DNA from: Clostridiales bacterium
GTDB taxonomy: Bacteria; Bacillota; Clostridia; Oscillospirales; Oscillospiraceae
Direction: 5' to 3'
Assembly: GCA_014799565.1 (NCBI GenBank)
Contig: JAAVHT010000023.1
Coordinates: forward strand, 43,561 to 107,560
Length of the DNA stretch: 64,000 nucleotides
Numbering within the stretch: the first letter of the stretch is position 1; every line of letters starts with the position of its first letter. Below are positions 30,364 to 41,635 of this stretch, one piece after another. The translations under genes and the position numbers were made by a program. The notes beneath the pieces were generated by a model. The model made no database searches and was not told where the DNA came from. It saw only the letters and a list, made by a program, of their open reading frames with translations.

Positions 30364-30867
30364 ATGAACAATGTGAAGAGAAGCGTTGCGGCTCTGTTTG
30401 CCCTGGTGCTGATCCTGACCACCGGCTGCGGCAAGAAGACCAGCAACAAAGTGGTAGACTACACCGTGGACGTCCCCGCCAGCTTCCAGGAGATGGAGAT
30501 GGAGGGCGTGGTCGAGTGCTGGGCTACTGTGGACGGCTCCAACATCAACGTGAACATCACCGACAAGGACGCGGCCTTCAAGAAGATCACCGCCGACGCG
30601 CTCCGGGATGCCCTGGTGCAGGTCTTTGAGGCGACCTATGGCACCGCTCCCACCATCACCGACAAGTACTTCACCAACAATGAGGTGTGCGGTATGCCCG
30701 CCTACCAGTACTGCTATGTCATCGAGCTGATGGGCATGGAGATGACCCAGCTGGTGGTGTGCATTGACGCCGACCAGACGTACACCGTTACTTACACCGA
30801 CGTGACCGGCGACTGGATGAGCGAATTTGAAACCAGCGCCAAGAACATCGAGCTCGTTTTTGAGTAA
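30364..30867 (+). CDS. Lipoprotein (possibly PsbP/DcrB-like fold)
   Basis: Signal peptide with lipobox LTTGC; AAGGAG RBS. Confidence 0.75.
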   Translation: MNNVKRSVAALFALVLILTTGCGKKTSNKVVDYTVDVPASFQEMEMEGVVECWATVDGSNINVNITDKDAAFKKITADALRDALVQVFEATYGTAPTITDKYFTNNEVCGMPAYQYCYVIELMGMEMTQLVVCIDADQTYTVTYTDVTGDWMSEFETSAKNIELVFE

Positions 30868-31040
30868 GCCTTTGAGCCCTGCTTGAGGATGACCGAGGCG
30901 CCCCGGCGCCGGGCATTTCTCAGGCAGGGCTCGATTTTTGTGAAAAAAGTTTGAAAATTTTTTCACAATTCCCCTTCCCTTTGGGGCGAGGATAGAGTAT
31001 AATAATACCGAGCAAATCCAGCACTACCATAATTTATTAA

Positions 31041-32063
<1,023 letters not shown>

Positions 32064-32143
32064 TTTTGGTTGTTTTCACAATTTATTTGCGGTCAAAACC
32101 GTTAAAATGAGAAGCGCCCCCTGGATTTCCAGGGGGTGCTTTT

Positions 32144-32368
32144 TTATTTATGGGCTTTTGGATAGGGAGCCTTTGTGTCTGTGCGGCCCAAGAGGTAGTC
32201 TATACTTGTCCCATAATAGTCAGCAAGTTTAATCAAAACATCCGTGGGGATATCACGTTTGCCCGTCTCATAATAGGAGTAACATACTTGACCACATTGT
32301 AGATACTCTGCAAGGTCTTTTTGCAGCAAATCTTTGTCCTCTCTCATATCGCGGATTCTTCTGTACAT
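32144..32368 (-). CDS. XRE-family HTH transcriptional regulator
   Basis: MYRRIRDMREDKDLLQKDLAEYL...YETGKRDIP...SIDYLLG; AAAGGAG RBS. Confidence 0.9.
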   Translation of the reverse strand: MYRRIRDMREDKDLLQKDLAEYLQCGQVCYSYYETGKRDIPTDVLIKLADYYGTSIDYLLGRTDTKAPYPKAHK

Positions 32369-32420
32369 TTTGCGTACTCCTTTCCTTAAAGGTAGGGTGT
32401 ACGCAAAAGTATAGATAAAA

Positions 32421-32461
32421 CATTTTGTTATATTGACGAAATTAACAAAATGGTATATGAT
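32421..32461 (+). promoter_or_regulatory. Promoter overlapped by an inverted-repeat operator
   Basis: cattttgtta-N12-taacaaaatg straddles TTGACG(32433)-17-TATGAT(32456). Confidence 0.6.
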
Positions 32462-32484
32462 ATGCAAACAGGGGGGAATGAATC

Positions 32485-32769
32485 GTGAAAGGTGAAGCAC
32501 GCTGGGAATTTATCTACAACCAAATCAACGGCATGAACGAGCCGGATGTGTGCGAATGGGTAAGAGACGAATCCACGATGGAGGGGAAGCTTGGCCCGCT
32601 GACTGAACAGATCTATGGAGCGCGCAGCCGCCTGTGTGAGCGGACGGGATTGAACCCGGATACAGACCCGGATTTTGAGCTGCTGATTTGCGGGCTTGAG
32701 GCCCTGTCCCGCGCCTGTGGGGAATTGATGTACCACTACGGCTATCAGGACGGGGAAAACGCGAAATAA
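32485..32769 (+). CDS. Hypothetical protein divergent from the XRE gene
   Basis: GTG start after a G-rich RBS; own promoter and downstream hairpin. Confidence 0.6.
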   Translation: MKGEARWEFIYNQINGMNEPDVCEWVRDESTMEGKLGPLTEQIYGARSRLCERTGLNPDTDPDFELLICGLEALSRACGELMYHYGYQDGENAK

Positions 32770-32806
32770 TAAAAAGCCCGCGCGGTGCATACCGCGCGGG
32801 CCCTTC

Positions 32807-33535
32807 TTATTTGATCTGATAGTCTTTGCCGAACTGCAGATCGGAATAGCGCCGGGTGGCGTCCGGATCCAGTTCCAACTCCTCCTGGGGCTGGGCCTGA
32901 GGGACGAAATCATCCGGCAGAGGGGGTACGTCGTCGTCCGGCCCCACCGCAACCAGACGGGGGGCGGGCTTCTCCCCTGTGGGGGCGGCGGACTGCCGTG
33001 CGGCCGCCTCCTCCTGGCGGACTTGGGCGTCCAGCGCGGCCTTGATGTCGGCGGCGGGGTCGTCGGCTACGGCCATCTCCGGCGGAACCAGGTCGCCCAG
33101 GCTGGACAGGAAGAGCATCTCGTCCTCGTGGGCCTGAGCCAGCTTCTTTACATAGGCGGCGGTGGACTCCTGGGCCTTCTTCAAGCGGTACTCTTCGGCG
33201 GCCACCGCCTTTTCCAACTCGGCAACGCGCTGCTGGGCGCCCTGCTCGGCATCGCCGATCAGCTCGTCTCGCTTGCGCTTGGCCTCGTCCATCATAGACT
33301 CCGCCATCTGCTGGGCAGCCAGCAGGGTCTTGCGCATGGTCTCCTCGGTGGCCCGGTATTCCTCCACCTTGTCGGACAGCACCTTCAGCTTGTTCTTCAA
33401 AATGGCGTTTTCATTGTACAGGGCGGTGTAGTCCTCGGTGAGCGCGTCCAAAAACTCGTCCACCTGGGCCAAGTTGTAGCCGCCCAAAGTCGCCTTGGCA
33501 AAGGAGTGGCTGGCCACCTCCTGCGGAGTCATCAT
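32807..33535 (-). CDS. divIVA: DivIVA domain protein
   Basis: TPQEV...F...GGYNLAQVDEFLD followed by a coiled coil; downstream of sepF. Confidence 0.9.
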   Translation of the reverse strand: MMTPQEVASHSFAKATLGGYNLAQVDEFLDALTEDYTALYNENAILKNKLKVLSDKVEEYRATEETMRKTLLAAQQMAESMMDEAKRKRDELIGDAEQGAQQRVAELEKAVAAEEYRLKKAQESTAAYVKKLAQAHEDEMLFLSSLGDLVPPEMAVADDPAADIKAALDAQVRQEEAAARQSAAPTGEKPAPRLVAVGPDDDVPPLPDDFVPQAQPQEELELDPDATRRYSDLQFGKDYQIK

Positions 33536-33555
33536 GGATCAGTTTCCCCCTTGTC

Positions 33556-34005
33556 TCAGAAATACAGGCCGTTGTTTTCCAGCTCGTCGATGAGATCGCC
33601 CAGAATCTCCACATTATAGGGGGTGATGATATAGGTGGACAGGGCCACCTTCTTGATGGTGCCCTCGTTGGCATAGGCCACGCCGGACAAAAAGTCGATG
33701 AGGCGGCGGGCGATGTTCTTGTCCGTCTGCTCCAGATTGAGCACCACGGTGCGCTTATCCCGCAGATGGTCGGCGATTTCGGAGGCGTTCTCGAACCGGG
33801 AGGGGTTGACCAGCACCACCTGGAGCTGGGTGGTAGTGTGGATGTTGACCACCTTGTTGCTGCGGCGGTCGGCGTCCCGGTCGCGATCCCGCTCCCGGGG
33901 CAGATCCTTGACGTTGTTTACCGGGGTGAAGTCCTCCTCGTAATCATCCTCATCCTCGTCCTCGTAGGGGCGGGCCAGGCGCTTGAGTTCATCAAATAAG
34001 CTCAT
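33556..34005 (-). CDS. sepF: Cell division protein SepF
   Basis: IADHL...VVLNLE...ARRLIDFLSGVAYA. Confidence 0.95.
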   Translation of the reverse strand: MSLFDELKRLARPYEDEDEDDYEEDFTPVNNVKDLPRERDRDRDADRRSNKVVNIHTTTQLQVVLVNPSRFENASEIADHLRDKRTVVLNLEQTDKNIARRLIDFLSGVAYANEGTIKKVALSTYIITPYNVEILGDLIDELENNGLYF

Positions 34006-34021
34006 ATAGACGAGTCTCCCT

Positions 34022-34732
34022 TCAATCGTGAGTTAAAATAGGCGGGCGCGGGCCAAACAGGGCGGAACCCACCCGGACGCAAGTGGAACCGGCGGCAACA
34101 GCATCCGCATAGTCGCCGCTCATCCCCATGGAAAGCACGTCCATATCCTCACCATTATGGACTATTTCCCGTCTTATGTCAACAGCCAACTGATGTAATT
34201 TTTGAAAAAAAGGGAGGTTGTCCCCCGGATCGACCGCGGCGGGAGGGATGCACATCAGCCCCCGCAGCCGCACGCCGGTCAGCTCTTCGGCCAGCTTGGC
34301 GGCATCCGGGGCCTCCTCTGGGGTGAAGCCGGACTTGGATCCCTCCCCCGCCAGATTGACCTCCAGCAGAACATCCTGAACCACACTCAGCTTGTCCGCC
34401 TGGGCGGCAATGGCGCGCAGCAGCTTTTCCGAGGAGACGGAGTGGATGAGCGCTACCTCGCCCACCACGTATTTCACCTTGTTGGTCTGAAGGTGGCCGA
34501 TGAAGTGAACCTCCGCCCCCTCGTAGGCGTTGTCCGCCAGGTGGGCGGTGAATTCCTGCACCCGGTTCTCACCGCACACCGTCACCCCGGCGGCAATGGC
34601 GGCCCGGATGGTGTCCGAGCTCTGGGTTTTGGTGGCCGCCAGCAGGGTGACAGAGGCTGGATCCCGGCCCGCGGCGACGGCGGCGGCGTCCAGTTCCGCC
34701 CGGACTTTTTGGATATTTTCCCGCAGATCCAT
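34022..34732 (-). CDS. yggS: PLP homeostasis protein YggS
   Basis: LAATKT, GENRVQE, HFIGHLQTNKVK, LSMGMSGD, VRVGSALFG. Confidence 0.95.
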   Translation of the reverse strand: MDLRENIQKVRAELDAAAVAAGRDPASVTLLAATKTQSSDTIRAAIAAGVTVCGENRVQEFTAHLADNAYEGAEVHFIGHLQTNKVKYVVGEVALIHSVSSEKLLRAIAAQADKLSVVQDVLLEVNLAGEGSKSGFTPEEAPDAAKLAEELTGVRLRGLMCIPPAAVDPGDNLPFFQKLHQLAVDIRREIVHNGEDMDVLSMGMSGDYADAVAAGSTCVRVGSALFGPRPPILTHD

Positions 34733-35994
34733 CAGCGCACCACCTTCCCGTTGTAGATGCCGGAGGAGTTGAGGATGATCTCATCCCCCGGCCGCAGGCG
34801 CTTGGCCGCGTCCTGGTTCACAGGACGAACCAGATAATAGGTGTCGTCGGTGTACAGCACCTCAACCTCCTGCCACTCCGCCTGGGAGCTGACCACGGAG
34901 AACACGCCGTAACGGTTCACCTGGCTGGAGGCGCCGGTGTCCTCGTCGGTCACCTCCTCCGTGATGACCCGCAGGGCCTTGCGGGGGATGCGGATGCCCT
35001 CCAGCTGCTGGACGACTACGTCCACCGTCTGGACGCGGAGCATGGCGGTGTCCGCCAGATGAGAGCGGCAGGAGAAAATGGCCAGAGTCCGCTCCCCCTC
35101 CAGGGAGATCCGATCCAGAGTCATGTTGATCTGCCCAAAGTAGTCGCCGGAGAAGGTGAGGGTGTACGTCCGCCCCGACTGGAGGCCGGTGTTGGTGCCC
35201 TCCAGCAGGGCGGCGAAGTACCAGGTGGAGTCGGTGACCAGCTTGCCCACCGCCAGAGAATCGGGGCTGTGTTTTTCCGACAGAAGGGCGATCAGACCGT
35301 CGCCGGTGAGCTCGTCCAGCATGGCGGGGGTGACGACCTGTTCCCAGCCGTCCACCCCGGCGGAAAAGACGCCGGAGGTGGGGGCGTATACGGTGGTGGA
35401 CACCTGGTTCAGCGAACGGTTGAGCTCCGCCAGCTGGGACTGCTTGTCCGCGATGAGCTGAGAGAGCTGTCCCGCGGCCTCGGCACTGCCGTAGCTGTAG
35501 TCCCGCCGGAATACCATGGAGCGCAGGTTCAGGGCGGAGTCCTCCAGTAGGGTTAAATCCCCCCGGGCAGTCAGCGAGCGCAGAGAGACGATGGACGAGA
35601 TGACCTGGGCATCCAGCCGGGCGGCATCGGCGTTCTGGGAGTGGTCGCTCTGGGCGTATTGGAGCTGCTCGATCTCCGCCTCCAGCGAGCGGATGGACTG
35701 CCGGGTGGTGAGGGCGGAGGGGTCGCTGTACAGCAGCACCACCGGATCACCCTTGGCGGCCTTGGCTCCCTCGCCGACGATCTGATCCATGTAGCCGCCC
35801 GAGCCGGTCAGGGGGATCTCAGCGCGCACCAGGATGCCGGCGGCCTCCTGACCCACGTCCAGAGAGTAGGAATAGGCGTAGGTGGTGACCAGATCTTCCT
35901 CCCACCCCCGGAAAAAGTAGACGGCCAGATAGGCCGCTACCCCCAGGCACAGGATAGCGATCATGAATTTGGTGGCGATGGTGCTCTCTTTCAT
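34732..35994 (-). CDS. HlyD-like membrane-anchored periplasmic-adaptor-fold protein
   Basis: N-terminal TM; lipoyl-like halves (GEGAKAAKGDPV, YAPTSGVF) around a coiled coil; typical upstream neighbour of yggS in Clostridia. Confidence 0.7.
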   Translation of the reverse strand: MKESTIATKFMIAILCLGVAAYLAVYFFRGWEEDLVTTYAYSYSLDVGQEAAGILVRAEIPLTGSGGYMDQIVGEGAKAAKGDPVVLLYSDPSALTTRQSIRSLEAEIEQLQYAQSDHSQNADAARLDAQVISSIVSLRSLTARGDLTLLEDSALNLRSMVFRRDYSYGSAEAAGQLSQLIADKQSQLAELNRSLNQVSTTVYAPTSGVFSAGVDGWEQVVTPAMLDELTGDGLIALLSEKHSPDSLAVGKLVTDSTWYFAALLEGTNTGLQSGRTYTLTFSGDYFGQINMTLDRISLEGERTLAIFSCRSHLADTAMLRVQTVDVVVQQLEGIRIPRKALRVITEEVTDEDTGASSQVNRYGVFSVVSSQAEWQEVEVLYTDDTYYLVRPVNQDAAKRLRPGDEIILNSSGIYNGKVVR

Positions 35995-36051
35995 GGGATC
36001 AGCTCTTTTCTATCTCTCGTGCGGTATCGCGGGAAGCGGCCCCCACGCTTC

Positions 36052-36297
36052 TTACGCGTCCATTTCGATGGGATGCTCTGGGGCGATGGTGGAAATGGCG
36101 TGCTTGTAAATGACCTGCTGCTTGCCGTCGGTGACCACCACCACCACGTAGGGATCGAAGGCGGTAATGACTCCCCGCATCTGGTAGCCGTTCATGAGGA
36201 ACACGGTGACCCGGGTGGCCAGACGGCGGGCAGCGGACAGGAAGGCGTCCTGGATATTGGGCTGCTTGGTGACGGAAACGGTGGATGTAAGGCTCAT
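36052..36297 (-). CDS. hfq: RNA chaperone Hfq
   Basis: NIQDAFL, VTVFLMNGYQMRG, FD, QVIYKHAISTI; follows miaA. Confidence 0.95.
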   Translation of the reverse strand: MSLTSTVSVTKQPNIQDAFLSAARRLATRVTVFLMNGYQMRGVITAFDPYVVVVVTDGKQQVIYKHAISTIAPEHPIEMDA

Positions 36298-36332
36298 GTA
36301 AATACACTCCTCTTTATAAATTTTGAGCGTAT

Positions 36333-37277
36333 TTATTTTAGCCCAGATCCTATGACAAGTTCTGTCGAAAAAGCGAGGGCGGCGGAAAAGTCTGGTATTT
36401 TTTCCCATTGGAGCCAATAGGCTTGCCTGTTGCGCCGGAACCAGGTGAGCTGCCGCTTGGCATACTGCCGGGAGCGGAGCTTCACCTCCTCCGCCCCGAC
36501 CGACACGGGACGGCCCTCCAAAATGGCGGCGGCCAGCTCCTTGTAGCCGATGGCCTGCATGGCGGTGCAGTCCCGGGGAACGCCGTCTGCCAGGAGGGAG
36601 CGCACCTCCCCCTCCAGGCCCCGCTCCGTCATCTCGTCCACCCGGCGGTCAATGCGCTCCCACAGCCAGGGCCGCTCCTGGAAGTTCAGGGCAATGGTCA
36701 GCGGCGTGTAGCGGGGGGGCACTTCCCGGCTCTCCCGGTCGTGCTGGGTGATAGTCTTGCCAGTGGACAGATACACCTCCAGCGCTCGGATGGTGCGCTT
36801 TTCGTCGTTGGGGTGAATGCGGGCCGCTGCGTCCGGATCCACCTGCTCCAGCTGGGCGCGCAGGGCGGCCAGGCCCTCCGCGCGGGTTCGGGCCTGGAGC
36901 TCTTCCCGCAAGCCGCTGTCCGCCTCGAAGGGGGCGAACTGCCGCCCCGCCACCAGGTGGTCGATATACAGCCCCGTCCCCCCGGCTACGATGGGCAGTT
37001 TCCCCCGGGCCAGGATGTCGTCCACGATGGGGACGGCATCCGCCACGTACCGGGCCACGGAGTAGTTTTCCGATGGATCCGCCACGTCCAGCATATGATG
37101 GGGGACGCCCAGCATTTCGTCCTGAGTGGGCTTGGCGGTGCCGATGTCCATGCCCCGGTAGACCTGCATGGAGTCGGCGGACACCACCTCCCCGCCGAGG
37201 CGCTGGGCCAGGGCCGCGGCCAGCGCGGTCTTGCCCGAGGCTGTGGGCCCGCAGATGACTAAGATGTCAGGTTTCAT
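36333..37277 (-). CDS. miaA: tRNA dimethylallyltransferase
   Basis: GPTASGKT, DSMQVYRGMDIGTAKP, GGTGLY, AIGYKE, YAKRQLTWFR. Confidence 0.97.
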   Translation of the reverse strand: MKPDILVICGPTASGKTALAAALAQRLGGEVVSADSMQVYRGMDIGTAKPTQDEMLGVPHHMLDVADPSENYSVARYVADAVPIVDDILARGKLPIVAGGTGLYIDHLVAGRQFAPFEADSGLREELQARTRAEGLAALRAQLEQVDPDAAARIHPNDEKRTIRALEVYLSTGKTITQHDRESREVPPRYTPLTIALNFQERPWLWERIDRRVDEMTERGLEGEVRSLLADGVPRDCTAMQAIGYKELAAAILEGRPVSVGAEEVKLRSRQYAKRQLTWFRRNRQAYWLQWEKIPDFSAALAFSTELVIGSGLK

Positions 37278-37440
37278 AAGACCTCCCGGAGCCTAGTATA
37301 TCTTGATATTATAACGTATCCCGCCAAAGATTACAACCTCTTAGGAGGCGCTTGACATTTGGTATTGGGAGCGGTTATAATCAAACTATTATGGAAAGAG
37401 GGCGGGCCCGCCCGCCGTACAGCAAGCAGGAGGAATACCT

Positions 37441-38160
37441 ATGGGCTTTTTTTCATCCCTGTTGGGGCGTTCGGATGATTACGAAGAGTACGAAGCGGAG
37501 GAAGAGTCCGGCGAGCTGCCTAAGCTGCATACCGGAATGACGCTGGACGTGGAGACGGCGGAGGGAGCCCCGGTCTTTACCGGGCGGCTCACCGAGTTCG
37601 GCTCCTCCACCCTGACGCTGGAGCGCCTGCTGGGCGGGCTGTCCCTGAAGGTGCTGGAGATGGGCACGTCCGTGGTGCTGGAAGGCCTGGATGAGCAGAT
37701 GATGCCCTTCTATCTGAAGGGAACCGTCCAGGAGTCCACCCGGGTGGTGTGCAAGCTGAAAGACGTGAAGGTCAAGCCCATGCCGGAGCACCGCCACGAC
37801 TTCCGCCTGCGTATCAGCGTGCCTGTGACCATGTACTACCCCAAGGACACCACCTTCAGCAACCCGGAGGAGTGCGTCCTGGTGGACATCAGCACCGGTG
37901 GAGCGTGCATTGAGTCGGAATACCTCCATGGGGTGGACGAGGTGCTGCGCCTGAAGGTGAAGCTGGAGGATTACGCCCCCATGGAGTTTTTGGGGGAGAT
38001 CATCCGGGTGACGGAGTATCAGCCGGGCAAATTCCGCTATGGCTTCCTGTTCGCCCAGCTGAGGGAGAAGGAGATGACCGAACTCACCCGGACGCTGTAC
38101 AACCTCCAGGCGGGCAACCGAACCGTATGGATGAGAAGCACCGATCAAGGCCACTGGTGA
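37441..38160 (+). CDS. PilZ-domain (YcgR-like) c-di-GMP-binding protein
   Basis: RxxxR (RHDFR) and DxSxxG (DISTGG) motifs; promoter TTGACA(37352)/TATAAT(37376). Confidence 0.85.
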   Translation: MGFFSSLLGRSDDYEEYEAEEESGELPKLHTGMTLDVETAEGAPVFTGRLTEFGSSTLTLERLLGGLSLKVLEMGTSVVLEGLDEQMMPFYLKGTVQESTRVVCKLKDVKVKPMPEHRHDFRLRISVPVTMYYPKDTTFSNPEECVLVDISTGGACIESEYLHGVDEVLRLKVKLEDYAPMEFLGEIIRVTEYQPGKFRYGFLFAQLREKEMTELTRTLYNLQAGNRTVWMRSTDQGHW

Positions 38161-38186
38161 GCGGGGAAACCCTAAAATCAAGGTGA

Positions 38187-38223
38187 AAAAAGTATCTATC
38201 CGGCGCGGATAGATACTTTTTTT
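38187..38223 (+). terminator. Intrinsic terminator
   Basis: aaaaagtatctatcc / ggatagatacttttt. Confidence 0.75.
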
Positions 38224-38315
38224 GTCTGAGGGGCCTCTGAGCCTTGCCCCAGAGATTTTTTTTTGGTATAATACTACAATTATGTTCCGCCACACAGGGC
38301 TGAGGGGGCGCCGGA

Positions 38316-38822
38316 ATGGACAATATCATTTTGATCGGAATGCCCGGGTCGGGCAAGAGCACCGTGGGCGTGGTGCTGGCCAAGGCCATGGGCCTGCGCT
38401 TCCTCGACGTGGATCTGCTCGTTCAGGAGCGGGAGGGCGCCCTGCTCCAGCAGCTCATCGACAGCCGGGGCGTGGAGCGGTTTCTGGATCTGGAGCGGGA
38501 CGCCATCTGCGCCCTGGATTGTCAGGGCACCGTGATTGCTCCGGGGGGAAGCTGTGTGTGCCGGGAGGAGTCCATCGCTCATATGCGGCGGCTGGGCACG
38601 GTGGTCTACCTCAAGCTGTCCCTGGAGGACGTGACCGCCCGCATCCACAACATGGCCTCCCGGGGCATTGCCCTCTCCCCCGGCCAGACCCTGGCCGATG
38701 TGTTTCAGTACCGGGCCCCGCTGTACGAGCGGTGTGCCCACATCACCGTCCCGTGCGGGAGCCAGAGCCTGGCGGAAACCATAGAAGCAGTAAAAGAAGC
38801 TTACAATAACAAAAGGACGTAG
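38316..38822 (+). CDS. aroK: Shikimate kinase
   Basis: [28 protein letters not shown]. Confidence 0.88.
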   Translation: MDNIILIGMPGSGKSTVGVVLAKAMGLRFLDVDLLVQEREGALLQQLIDSRGVERFLDLERDAICALDCQGTVIAPGGSCVCREESIAHMRRLGTVVYLKLSLEDVTARIHNMASRGIALSPGQTLADVFQYRAPLYERCAHITVPCGSQSLAETIEAVKEAYNNKRT

Positions 38823-38830
38823 AAAGGTTT

Positions 38831-40726
38831 ATGAATTTTCGCGACTTGGGGCTGACCGCCCCCATCCTCAAGGCCCTCACCCAGGAGGGCTACACCGATC
38901 CTACCCCCATTCAGCGCAAGGCCATCCCCCCCGCCCTGGCGGGGCGGGATGTGCTGGGCTGCGCCCAGACCGGCACCGGCAAGACCTGCGCCTTTGCCAC
39001 CCCCATCCTCCAGCGGCTCAATGGGCGTCTGCCCAAGCCCCGGGTCATCCGGGCGCTGATCCTCACCCCGACCCGGGAGCTGGCCATCCAGATTCAGGAC
39101 AGCTTCGTGTCCTATGGGCGCAACCTGCCCCTGCGCTCCGCCGTCATCTTCGGCGGCGTGGGCCAGCAGCCCCAGGTGGACGCCATTCGACAGGGGCTGG
39201 ACATTCTCGTCGCCACGCCGGGCCGCCTGCTGGATCTCCACGGGCAGGGGTTGATCGACCTGTCCCACATTGAGATCTTCGTGCTGGACGAGGCCGACCG
39301 GATGCTGGACATGGGGTTCATTCACGACGTAAAGCGGATACTCAAGCTGCTGCCGGAGCGAAAGCAGACCCTGTTCTTCTCCGCCACCATGCCTCCGGAG
39401 GTGATGGGGCTGGTGAACGGCCTGCTCCACGACTACGCCCGCGTGGCGGTGGATCCGGTGTCCTCCCCGGTGGAGGTCATCCGGCAGTCGCTGTACTACG
39501 TGGATAAGTCCAACAAGACGAAACTGCTGGCTTATCTCATGGAGGAGCGGCATATTACCTCCGCCCTGGTGTTCTCCCGCACCAAGCACGGGGCCAACCG
39601 CATCGCCCAGGATTTGATGAAGCGGGGCATCTCCGCCGCCGCCATCCACGGCAACAAGAGCCAGACCGCCCGCGTTCAGGCGCTGAACGACTTCAAAGCG
39701 GGACGGGTGCGGGTGCTGGCCGCCACCGACATCGCCGCCCGGGGCATCGACATCGACCAACTGCCTTTTGTGTTCAACTACAACCTGCCTGACGTGCCAG
39801 AGACCTACGTCCACCGCATCGGCCGCACCGGGCGGGCAGGCCATGAGGGGGAGGCCATCTCCTTCTGCCAGTTCGACGAGAAGGACGAATTGAAGGCCAT
39901 CGAGAAGCTGCTGGGGAAGAAGATCCCGGTGGTGGAAAACCACCCCTTCCCCATGGAGAATTTCGACCCGCCCCAGAAGGACAAGCGGGGCCGGCCCATC
40001 AATTCTGAGGACGCCGAGGCCCGGGCCGCCGCCAAGGAGAAGCGCCGCCAGAAGGACGCGGAAAATAAGGCCCGCGCCGAGGAGCGGAAAAAGGCCGCGG
40101 CTCAGGCCGCACTGGCCCCCGCCCCCGCAGCGCCCGCCCCCGCAGAGGAAGCAGACGCGCCCAACAAGAAAAAGCGCCGCCGCAAAAAGAGCGGAAGTCA
40201 AACCGTCCAGACGGTCGCCCCGGCGGTTCAGGCAATGGCCCCCGTCAAGGAGGAGCCGCTGGTTTCGCGCGATAAATCGATTGGACGAGGCATACGCCAG
40301 GGGCGGCTGGAGGACACCCTCCCTGACGACCCCGCCATGCCCGTCACCGACTTCTACAAGCCCAATCCCCTGGACTCCGACGTGATTATGGACGCCACCG
40401 CCCGGCTGCTGGCTCCCCGGCGGCCCACGCCCCGGCCCCAGATCCAGGCTGAGAACCAGCAGAAATCTCAGGCCCAGAAGAAGCAGGAAAAAGCGCAGGC
40501 GCAAAAGCCCGCCCAGCCCAAGCCCCGCCGCCAGGGCAAAAAACAGGGCGCGCCCGCACCTGCCGCCAAGGAGCCCGTCCTGCCCCCTTCCCTGTCCGGC
40601 AAGAGAAAGCGCCGCAGGGATGATCGCCCCCGGCCCATCGAGGCCCCGCTCCGCTCTGACCGGCAGAAGGACTCCACCCAGCACAAGAGCCTGATGCGGC
40701 CCTATTACCTCCATGACGACGACTGA
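38831..40726 (+). CDS. DEAD-box RNA helicase with a long basic, low-complexity C-terminal tail
   Basis: [39 protein letters not shown]. Confidence 0.95.
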   Translation: MNFRDLGLTAPILKALTQEGYTDPTPIQRKAIPPALAGRDVLGCAQTGTGKTCAFATPILQRLNGRLPKPRVIRALILTPTRELAIQIQDSFVSYGRNLPLRSAVIFGGVGQQPQVDAIRQGLDILVATPGRLLDLHGQGLIDLSHIEIFVLDEADRMLDMGFIHDVKRILKLLPERKQTLFFSATMPPEVMGLVNGLLHDYARVAVDPVSSPVEVIRQSLYYVDKSNKTKLLAYLMEERHITSALVFSRTKHGANRIAQDLMKRGISAAAIHGNKSQTARVQALNDFKAGRVRVLAATDIAARGIDIDQLPFVFNYNLPDVPETYVHRIGRTGRAGHEGEAISFCQFDEKDELKAIEKLLGKKIPVVENHPFPMENFDPPQKDKRGRPINSEDAEARAAAKEKRRQKDAENKARAEERKKAAAQAALAPAPAAPAPAEEADAPNKKKRRRKKSGSQTVQTVAPAVQAMAPVKEEPLVSRDKSIGRGIRQGRLEDTLPDDPAMPVTDFYKPNPLDSDVIMDATARLLAPRRPTPRPQIQAENQQKSQAQKKQEKAQAQKPAQPKPRRQGKKQGAPAPAAKEPVLPPSLSGKRKRRRDDRPRPIEAPLRSDRQKDSTQHKSLMRPYYLHDDD

Positions 40727-41609
40727 GCGGGGGGGCGTGCCCCACAGGCGGCCCCGGAAAAAGCGCCGTCATCCTTTGCGGTGGATTGCCGGTCTGGCGG
40801 TGCTGGCCCTGGGGGGCTGGGCCTGGTTCCAGTGGCAGTGCTGGGGGCTTCAGGTCACCCACACCGAGGCGGCGCTGGATGGACTGCCAGCCGGGTTTGA
40901 CGGATACAAAATCGTCCACCTGTCCGACCTCCACGGCCATGAATATGGGGAGAACAGCGAAAAGCTGCTGAGCCTGGTGGGGGAGCAGAAACCCGACCTC
41001 ATCGTGATCACCGGCGACCTCATCGACCAGGAGGGTCAGCTCCAGATGATCCCCGCGCTGGCGAAGGGGCTGGCTGCCATCGCGCCCACCTATTATGTCA
41101 CCGGTAATCACGAGTGGGGACTGGGTACGGGGACGGTGAAGGAGCTGAAAGGGGTGCTGGCCCAGTGCGGGGTAACCCCGCTCTCCAACCAGTACGAGAT
41201 TCTGGAGCGGAATGGGGCGCAGATGGTGCTGGCCGGGGTAGACGACCCCAACGGCTATGCAGACCAGATTACCCCGGAGGAGCTGTATGCCCGGATCGAA
41301 AACAATGCCCCCGGGCTGTTCACCCTACTGCTGGCCCATCGCAATGACCGCTTCGGGCAGTACGCCAACGCGGGGTATGATTTCGTCATGTCCGGCCACG
41401 GACACGGCGGCATTGTCCGCCTGCCCTTTTTGGGCGGGCTGGTGGGGACAAACCGGCAGTTTTTCCCCAAGTGGACGTCGGGCATCTACACACTGGGGGA
41501 CAGCACCCTGTTCGTCTCCCGGGGATTAGGGAACAACACGGTGCCCTTCCAGGGGTTCCGCGTGTTTAACCGCCCGGAATTGGCGGTTGTGACCCTGAAA
41601 ATGAAATGA
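40713..41609 (+). CDS. Membrane-anchored metallophosphoesterase (YkuE-like)
   Basis: DLH, GDLID, GNHE, LAH, GHGHGG motifs; N-terminal TM. Confidence 0.9.
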   Translation: MTTTERGGVPHRRPRKKRRHPLRWIAGLAVLALGGWAWFQWQCWGLQVTHTEAALDGLPAGFDGYKIVHLSDLHGHEYGENSEKLLSLVGEQKPDLIVITGDLIDQEGQLQMIPALAKGLAAIAPTYYVTGNHEWGLGTGTVKELKGVLAQCGVTPLSNQYEILERNGAQMVLAGVDDPNGYADQITPEELYARIENNAPGLFTLLLAHRNDRFGQYANAGYDFVMSGHGHGGIVRLPFLGGLVGTNRQFFPKWTSGIYTLGDSTLFVSRGLGNNTVPFQGFRVFNRPELAVVTLKMK

Positions 41610-41635
41610 TTTTCTAATTTTGGGAGTGAATCGCC

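Noticed and set aside
32144-32769. Prophage or ICE remnant
   Set aside because: No integrase, att-like direct repeats or other phage genes; kept only as a two-gene islet.
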